IMG/VR virus record: IMGVR_UViG_3300016476_001496
Span: 1-46,999 of that record
Reading direction: 5' to 3' (one strand)
From: a virus
Lineage: Duplodnaviria; Caudoviricetes
DNA: 46,999 nt
Part shown: positions 37,856-44,116 of the stretch, piece after piece
How positions within the stretch are numbered: position 1 is the stretch's first letter
Layout: each line of letters begins with the position of its first letter
Program-made: the position numbers and the translations under genes
Notes under the pieces: model-generated
The model's database searches: none
What the model saw: the letters and a program-made list of their open reading frames with translations, nothing else
Told to the model about the DNA's origin: nothing

Positions 37856-38611
37856 ATGAATACACACACTTTTACCTTTGTAATAGGGTATAGACACAAA
37901 ATGGATAGATTTAACAATCTTAAAAGAACTTTAGATTGGATAAATGGATTTGCAGGTGTTGATGTAATACTTGTTGAACAAGATACACACTCAAAAATAT
38001 CTCACCTACCTCTAAAAGCAAGACAAATATTCTTAAAATCAGATAAACCATATAACAGATCTTGGGCATTTAATGTTGCCACAAAATTTGCAAAATCAAA
38101 TGTAATTGTATTCTCAGATTCTGATTTAATAATGGAACCTAATCAATTCATTGAAGGTCTTAAAGCCATTGAAAAATTTGAAATGGTTAGTCCTTATAGT
38201 TCAGTATTAGACTTAAACCCTCAAGAGTCAAATCTTCAACTTCAAGACATAGTAAAAATAGACAGACCAGGTAGAGGTGAAACCGATAATCAAAAAATTA
38301 ATATTTGTGGTGGTATTAGTATCTTTAGAAAAGATGCCATACAAAGAATTGCAGGATGGAATGAAGACTTTATAGGATGGGGCGGTGAAGATGATTTTCA
38401 AACTATTAAAGTAGAAAACTTTTTAACACACACAACTTTACCACATAAATGTTATCATTTATATCATAATAGAGAAACACTAAATCAAAATGGTTATCAA
38501 AGAACTCTACAATTATTACAGACTCTTAAAAATTTATCAAAAGATGATTTAGTTAAAACTATAAACTTTAGTTTACCAAAAATAGGAATGGTGAATAAGT
38601 ATGACAACTAA
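37856..38611 (+). CDS. GT-A glycosyltransferase (GT2/GT7-C-like)
   Basis: LVEQD, YNRSWAFN, FSDSD (DxD) and GWNEDFIGWGGEDDF. Confidence 0.88.
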   Translation: MNTHTFTFVIGYRHKMDRFNNLKRTLDWINGFAGVDVILVEQDTHSKISHLPLKARQIFLKSDKPYNRSWAFNVATKFAKSNVIVFSDSDLIMEPNQFIEGLKAIEKFEMVSPYSSVLDLNPQESNLQLQDIVKIDRPGRGETDNQKINICGGISIFRKDAIQRIAGWNEDFIGWGGEDDFQTIKVENFLTHTTLPHKCYHLYHNRETLNQNGYQRTLQLLQTLKNLSKDDLVKTINFSLPKIGMVNKYDN

Positions 38612-39347
38612 TATTAAAAAAATATGCAATTATTCAGAAGATGATAAACCTTATCAACCTACTATATCATTTGCATATATAGACTATCTAACAGAAGATG
38701 AAGATGAACTACAAAGAGAGTTAAAAAGACAAAATAGAGACTTAGCTATTGATATTCTATTAGATGAGAAAGATGAAAGTGAATGGGAAAATAGAAATAA
38801 TCTACCACAATTTGGTGGAGGATTTACCACAGTAATGTCACCTAAACTATTTAGTGTAAATACAATTGCTAAAAACTTTACATCATTTGAAGATTTAGAA
38901 TATGAAATATTCACTAAGTTAGAAAATCTAACTAAAAATCAACCTAATAGTAATAACACAATGATGAATAATCTAAACATCAATATTGCTAACTTAAACT
39001 CATCTTATGATTTTGAGGCTCTTCAAAGAAGAGTTATATCAAAAATTATGGTTTGTAAAAATATTGTTACAATGGAAAGTAGAAAAGGTTCAGCAAATAC
39101 AATAATTGTTGGAATAAATGTTACCAAATATATTGAAACCAGAGATATGAATATTAGTGGTATGTTTATTGGTTTAGATATAGTAGTAACTCCTTATATT
39201 GATAAAGATAAAATTATAGTTATGAGAGTTGAAGATAATATATCAATTGGTCTAAATGTTATATTAAAACCAAATGATGATAAATACTATATGGTTGAAA
39301 CACCACAATCTTGGGAAAAGACCATGAAATGGTTCTGGGTAAAATAA
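38601..39347 (+). CDS. Degenerate capsid-protein paralog with RDLAIDILL motif
   Basis: ALQRRVISKI..NIVTMESRKGSANTII resembles capsid AIQRKLITRI..NYIATEGRVGPAQYLI. Confidence 0.65.
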   Translation: MTTNIKKICNYSEDDKPYQPTISFAYIDYLTEDEDELQRELKRQNRDLAIDILLDEKDESEWENRNNLPQFGGGFTTVMSPKLFSVNTIAKNFTSFEDLEYEIFTKLENLTKNQPNSNNTMMNNLNINIANLNSSYDFEALQRRVISKIMVCKNIVTMESRKGSANTIIVGINVTKYIETRDMNISGMFIGLDIVVTPYIDKDKIIVMRVEDNISIGLNVILKPNDDKYYMVETPQSWEKTMKWFWVK

Positions 39348-39374
39348 TAAAACCACTCATTTGAGTGGTTTTTT
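39348..39374. terminator. Bidirectional terminator
   Basis: aaaaccactca-tt-tgagtggtttt. Confidence 0.8.
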
Positions 39375-39909
39375 AATTTCTTGATAAAACTCTAATCTTA
39401 TCATATTTCAACATTAACTTATACATATTTTCCCATTCAGTATTAGGATCTTCAACTAACTTTTCATTCCATTGATTATTATTGAAGTATTCAACAATCA
39501 TACCAACTCTAAAATCTTCTTTTTTTGTTGGTGTCCAGTATCTTTTTTCTTCATAAAATGAGAATGACATTCCTTTATAAATATAAGAACTCTCACAATT
39601 CTCATTGTATTTTGTTACACCTAATATCTTTTCAGATCCTGAATTAAATATCTTTCTTGGTTTATTCTCACCTTTATACTTAATAATTGCAGATTCTACA
39701 TTAAATTTATCAAGTAAAAATACAATATCACTTCTTAATGAATCATTATCAATAGTACCATATGCCAATATTGAATCATTAAATATACCAGATACATAAT
39801 TCTTCATTTCTAATATCTGATAATCTCTTGAATACAATACAGACATAATATCATCTAATTTATCAGATGATATTAAAAGGTATGATATTTGAGGATTTTC
39901 TAAATTCAT
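39373..39909 (-). CDS. Hypothetical protein
   Basis: 178 aa; AATATATA 4 nt upstream. Confidence 0.7.
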   Translation of the reverse strand: MNLENPQISYLLISSDKLDDIMSVLYSRDYQILEMKNYVSGIFNDSILAYGTIDNDSLRSDIVFLLDKFNVESAIIKYKGENKPRKIFNSGSEKILGVTKYNENCESSYIYKGMSFSFYEEKRYWTPTKKEDFRVGMIVEYFNNNQWNEKLVEDPNTEWENMYKLMLKYDKIRVLSRN

Positions 39910-39925
39910 AAACTATATATTAAAA

Positions 39926-40078
39926 TTATTTAGTAGTAACTCTAAATACCTCTAATAGTTTACTCATACTTATTTGCTTAATTGCAGCAAAATACTCAAT
40001 AGCTAATTCCTCTGATAGGAATTCACCTTTTTTAATAACTTCCTCAGAAGTCTTTGTTTTCAAATAAAATGTTTTCAT
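39926..40078 (-). CDS. Unannotated 50-aa protein
   Basis: Hand translation MKTFYLKTKTSEEVIKKGEFLSEELAIEYFAAIKQISMSKLLEVFRVTTK; AATATATA at 40083-40090. Confidence 0.65.
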   Translation of the reverse strand: MKTFYLKTKTSEEVIKKGEFLSEELAIEYFAAIKQISMSKLLEVFRVTTK

Positions 40079-40091
40079 ACTCTATATATTT

Positions 40092-41321
40092 TTATATTAA
40101 ATTAAATTCTTTACAAATTTCATTTTGGAAGATATTATTTACAATATCTCTATATTTTTTTTGAACAACAATACTATCATGTATTGTTATTATTTTTATT
40201 TCAGGATGTAAATTAATTATAGTTTTTATCATCTTGTTAAATATTAAATTTGATTCTGCCTTTTGTAAATCATATGCCAAAACCTTATAATCACCATGTT
40301 CCTTCTTATACAACTTAATAAAGTTATGAATTGTTGGAAACAATACTTTGAATAATTTATCAGCTTTACTATTGGTCACATTTCTACCAAATAAAACTTT
40401 ATATGTCATTTCTTTAACCTTTCTTTTATCCTTCTCACCTGTTTGTTCCATAACATATTGATAATAATAACCATTGGTAGTTAACTCTCTAAACAATTCA
40501 AACTCATCCTCTTTAACCCACTTTGTATTAGATTCTTGTATAAGTTTACTTAAAAAAAGTGGTTGACTATTTTGTATATCTATCTCACAAGTTTCTTCAC
40601 CATCAATCATTAAACAATTCTTTCTAATAAATGACTTTAATATTGTATAGTTAGTATGCATTCTACCATAAGCATCAAAATGGTAAAAAATATGTTTATT
40701 ATTAATACATTCAACAGAGTAAACATTTCTATTGTAAATATCATAATACTGATACTTCAATGAGTCTAAGAAAAATATTGCTCTATCAAACTCAATGTTT
40801 ACACTAAATAAATCAGAAACTAATCTTTCCTTAACATCTACATCTATTAATGATTCTCCATCAATAGTACTAACCATTTCAACAAATTTACCTTTGTATT
40901 TCTTCAAAAGTACTTTATCATAGTTCTTATACCTTTTAATCTTTGAATTAAATATACTATCATCTAATGAATATACTCTTGAGGTAACACCTGTTTGATA
41001 TTGTGTGATTAATTCAATTATCCCATTGTCAATTAGATAGTTAATATAGTAATTATAAAGATAACCATACTTATCCTTTAATACAGTAGCATTAATTGCA
41101 AATCTATTTTCTTTCTTGAAATAGTACTTTAAAATAAGACTATGAACTATATCAATTAGATAGTCTGTTTTTAATTTTGTTTCTTTGTAATATATGTTTT
41201 TTATATTCTCTATGCTATACAAACATTCTGGTAAAAATTGAAGAGTGAAAGTTTTATCTTGTACTCTGTTAGATACCAATTTACTTGGTTTTTTACTTAT
41301 ACTTTTACTTTGAATATTCAT
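40092..41321 (-). CDS. Compact family-A/T7-like polymerase-domain protein
   Basis: GRMHT, motif A EIDIQNSQP, motif B-like KVKEM..VLFG, LQKAES and motif C TIHDS; no exonuclease domain. Confidence 0.7.
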   Translation of the reverse strand: MNIQSKSISKKPSKLVSNRVQDKTFTLQFLPECLYSIENIKNIYYKETKLKTDYLIDIVHSLILKYYFKKENRFAINATVLKDKYGYLYNYYINYLIDNGIIELITQYQTGVTSRVYSLDDSIFNSKIKRYKNYDKVLLKKYKGKFVEMVSTIDGESLIDVDVKERLVSDLFSVNIEFDRAIFFLDSLKYQYYDIYNRNVYSVECINNKHIFYHFDAYGRMHTNYTILKSFIRKNCLMIDGEETCEIDIQNSQPLFLSKLIQESNTKWVKEDEFELFRELTTNGYYYQYVMEQTGEKDKRKVKEMTYKVLFGRNVTNSKADKLFKVLFPTIHNFIKLYKKEHGDYKVLAYDLQKAESNLIFNKMIKTIINLHPEIKIITIHDSIVVQKKYRDIVNNIFQNEICKEFNLI

Positions 41322-41337
41322 AGTTTTTATATTGAAA

Positions 41338-41547
41338 TTAAGATATATGTTTCAAGATTTTTTCTATTTTTTTCTTTCTCATTTCTCTTTTAATTTCAGC
41401 TCCCAATAATCTTTCTAACTCAGCAGATGCATCAATGTTATGATATGATTTTAAATCACTTACCAACTCAGGAGACCAGCTTGCTCTAATTTTCCTGGTT
41501 GTTGCTTTAACTTCAACTTCCTTCATGTTTAAATTTATCTCATTCAT
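41338..41547 (-). CDS. 69-aa gp23 spine-helix fragment with RKKKIEKIL tag
   Basis: VKATTRKIRASWSPELVSDLKSYHNIDASAELERLL matches the conserved gp23 block (R.LKA.(Y/W)S.ELAQDL.A.H..DA.AEL..IL). Confidence 0.8.
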   Translation of the reverse strand: MNEINLNMKEVEVKATTRKIRASWSPELVSDLKSYHNIDASAELERLLGAEIKREMRKKKIEKILKHIS

Positions 41548-41578
41548 ACTTTTATATTGAAAACTAAATATATAGTTT

Positions 41579-41911
41579 ATGAGAGAATATTTATTTGTAT
41601 ATGGTCAATTTAGAGATACTGCTAAGAAGTTATTAGAGGATCCAATTTATTGTGGTAAAGCTACAATAAAAGGTAAAATCTATAAAGTTAATGATTTCTA
41701 TCCTGGATTTGTTGATGGAAAAGGTAAAGTCTTAGGTGATGTTTATTTAATTGATCCTAAATTATTTCCTGTACTTGATGAATTTGAAGGAGATGAGTAC
41801 ATAAGAACAAAAGTAATCACTTCAACTGATGTTGAATGTTGGGTTTATAAGTACATACATGATGTTTCTAATTTTGAAGAAATTGAATGTGGTGACTGGT
41901 GGCTTAGATAA
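41579..41911 (+). CDS. Gamma-glutamylcyclotransferase (AIG2-like) family protein
   Basis: LFVYG, YPG, VLGDVY and LDEFEG..YIR. Confidence 0.85.
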   Translation: MREYLFVYGQFRDTAKKLLEDPIYCGKATIKGKIYKVNDFYPGFVDGKGKVLGDVYLIDPKLFPVLDEFEGDEYIRTKVITSTDVECWVYKYIHDVSNFEEIECGDWWLR

Positions 41912-41939
41912 AAAAACCTACTTATAAAGTAGGTTTTTT
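41911..41939. terminator. Bidirectional terminator
   Basis: aaaaaacctactt-ata-aagtaggtttttt. Confidence 0.8.
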
Positions 41940-43256
41940 AGTTTGGTTTAGTGGTTCAATTGGTAGTTTACCTCCTTTTTCACCTTTTTTCTTTTTATTA
42001 TCAACTCCTTTTTCAAACTCAGAGTAAACATCTGGATAAACTTGTCCTTCTGCATCTGTATCATACTTAATATCAAAGAAATCTTCAAAATCAAGTAGTC
42101 CAGCTCTTGTTAATTCAATTTCTTGCATTTTACCCATATAATCATTAATATGATTATCAATTGCATCAACAAATACATTAAACAATTTAACTGTATTCTC
42201 AGTAAATACCCCAATTGGTTTTTTCTTTCTTCTATTAAATGAACCTAATATAACTTTAAAAATATACTCAAGTTTATCACTCTCATCTATATACTCTTTA
42301 GTTAACTTATTGTTAATTAATTCGGTATTAATTTTAAACTTGTCTTTATCAAAAAACTCTGGAACAATAAAATCAAAGTCAAGTAAATCAGACTTAACTT
42401 CTGAAATATAGATATTGAACAATTTACAGATTAAGTAAATATAAATTTCATCTTTTTTATCTCCTTTAAGTTTTATATTTTCTAAATCTACAGACTGACA
42501 GAAATTTAAAAAGTTAAGTAATATCAATGTGTATATTTCAACAAACTCAGTATCATTATTCTCACTCAATCTTCTATATAAAGGATTTAACAACTCAAAT
42601 GAGGTATCACTTGAACTACTTCTAATTATTAATTTCTCAATATTCTTTTGAAACTCATCTTCCATTAAAAAAGAGTTTTGTAACATTGGATTAAGTATTT
42701 TGTAAAAGAAAAATGTAAATGACTTCTCACCAAAAATATACTCTAAGTCATCTTCACTTGTGTTTATAAAGTATTTGATAGCTTCAATCATTTTATCTGT
42801 AAGTTTACCCTTAAATACTACTGGTATAACATCAACATCAAATAATCTTGCAAATTCTTCTAATTCCTCTAGTATAAATTCATATTTACCTGATTTATTA
42901 ATAGAAGTTAAAACTAATTTATTTTTAGGAACTCTATTATATTCAATATTTGCAGGTTGTTCATCAGGAAAATACTCAAAGCAAAATGACCATTTTCTGT
43001 TTAATAAACTTTTTACTCTACTATCTAACTCATTAAAGTAGTTTATTGCAGGATTGTAATAGTTCTGCATTGCTAAGTCAACCATATTGATAGGTTCTGC
43101 AGATAGTGACTTTGGTTTTATCACAAATTCTTTACCATTCCAACTTACCCATATTTTTGATCCTTGAATGTCTTCAAAAATTACTATTTCATCATTAAAC
43201 AAAGTGTCTAATAGTTTTTGGTCATCAAGACCATTTAATGTTATTAATTTACTCAT
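41922..43256 (-). CDS. RNA-ligase-fold protein lacking the catalytic lysine
   Basis: IVIFEDIQGS (vs EKxDG), FCFEYF, VIPVVFKG and IEKLIIR in ligase motif order. Confidence 0.5.
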   Translation of the reverse strand: MSKLITLNGLDDQKLLDTLFNDEIVIFEDIQGSKIWVSWNGKEFVIKPKSLSAEPINMVDLAMQNYYNPAINYFNELDSRVKSLLNRKWSFCFEYFPDEQPANIEYNRVPKNKLVLTSINKSGKYEFILEELEEFARLFDVDVIPVVFKGKLTDKMIEAIKYFINTSEDDLEYIFGEKSFTFFFYKILNPMLQNSFLMEDEFQKNIEKLIIRSSSSDTSFELLNPLYRRLSENNDTEFVEIYTLILLNFLNFCQSVDLENIKLKGDKKDEIYIYLICKLFNIYISEVKSDLLDFDFIVPEFFDKDKFKINTELINNKLTKEYIDESDKLEYIFKVILGSFNRRKKKPIGVFTENTVKLFNVFVDAIDNHINDYMGKMQEIELTRAGLLDFEDFFDIKYDTDAEGQVYPDVYSEFEKGVDNKKKKGEKGGKLPIEPLNQTKKPTL

Positions 43257-43295
43257 AATTTGATTTCTTTTTTATATCAAACATATATATTGTTT

Positions 43296-43580
43296 TTAGT
43301 CTTGTTTATCATTAAAGAATGAGACTATTGTATCTAAATTCTCTTTACTGAAACCATCTAATGGACTTCCACCAGCTTTTAGATAATCTTGATACATTTG
43401 GTTATATTCATCCATTGTGTATATTCTACCACCTATTTCACTATAGATAACATCAGTATCAAATGAATTTATTGTTTTATTTTGTAACCTGGTTTCACCA
43501 TATGCAGGTCCAATTGGACCAACAAGTTCAGTACCACTTACTTCTTCTTTAATAAAATCATTATACTTTTTAATCATCAT
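43296..43580 (-). CDS. Hypothetical protein with capsid-targeting-like leader
   Basis: MMIKKYNDFIKEE. Confidence 0.65.
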   Translation of the reverse strand: MMIKKYNDFIKEEVSGTELVGPIGPAYGETRLQNKTINSFDTDVIYSEIGGRIYTMDEYNQMYQDYLKAGGSPLDGFSKENLDTIVSFFNDKQD

Positions 43581-44043
43581 TTCTAACTTCTAATTTTTCA
43601 AAATACTCATCTTGTTCTTGTAGTGAGTATCTTTTTAACTTTTGATTATAAATCAAGTTGTAAAGAAATCTATCATTTAGTTCATAGGTCTCATTTTTCA
43701 TAATAACTAAACCTTTTTCTTCTTCATAGTTATTTTGTATATCTACAATAGGTAGTCCAATTAAACCGTCTCTGTCATGTAAATCACAGATTACTTTTTT
43801 ACCACTATCTAAAAAGAACTTAACTCTTTCACATGTAGTGTTTTTTGAGAGATACATTAAATCCTTATCATCATTTCTATGATGATAAAGATCAAGAAAT
43901 CTTTTTTCTCTTTCTGTAAGGACATCCTTTTTTGAAATCTTATTTAATATTCTATTAACTTCAATTTCTTTAAGAGACTCACCTAGTAAATAGTATTTAA
44001 TTACTTTTTTGATACCCATTTCCATATGATTATTTCTATTCAT
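43570..44043 (-). CDS. Hypothetical protein
   Basis: 157 aa, VNRILNKIS..LTEREKRFL helix pair; true start probably a downstream Met. Confidence 0.65.
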   Translation of the reverse strand: MNRNNHMEMGIKKVIKYYLLGESLKEIEVNRILNKISKKDVLTEREKRFLDLYHHRNDDKDLMYLSKNTTCERVKFFLDSGKKVICDLHDRDGLIGLPIVDIQNNYEEEKGLVIMKNETYELNDRFLYNLIYNQKLKRYSLQEQDEYFEKLEVRNDD

Positions 44044-44116
44044 TATATATTAATTATCTATTATAGTAAAAAAGATGGAAAATGTTAAAAGGATTAATAT
44101 TTTTAATATATACTTT

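Noticed and set aside
215-43041. Other short antisense or overlapping ORFs (e.g. 215, 853, 8875, 10610, 10877, 13478, 17961, 18519, 19728, 20496, 23902, 24594, 25065, 29268, 36957, 38684, 39605, 42760)
   Set aside because: They lie within or opposite well-supported genes, with no motifs or promoter context.
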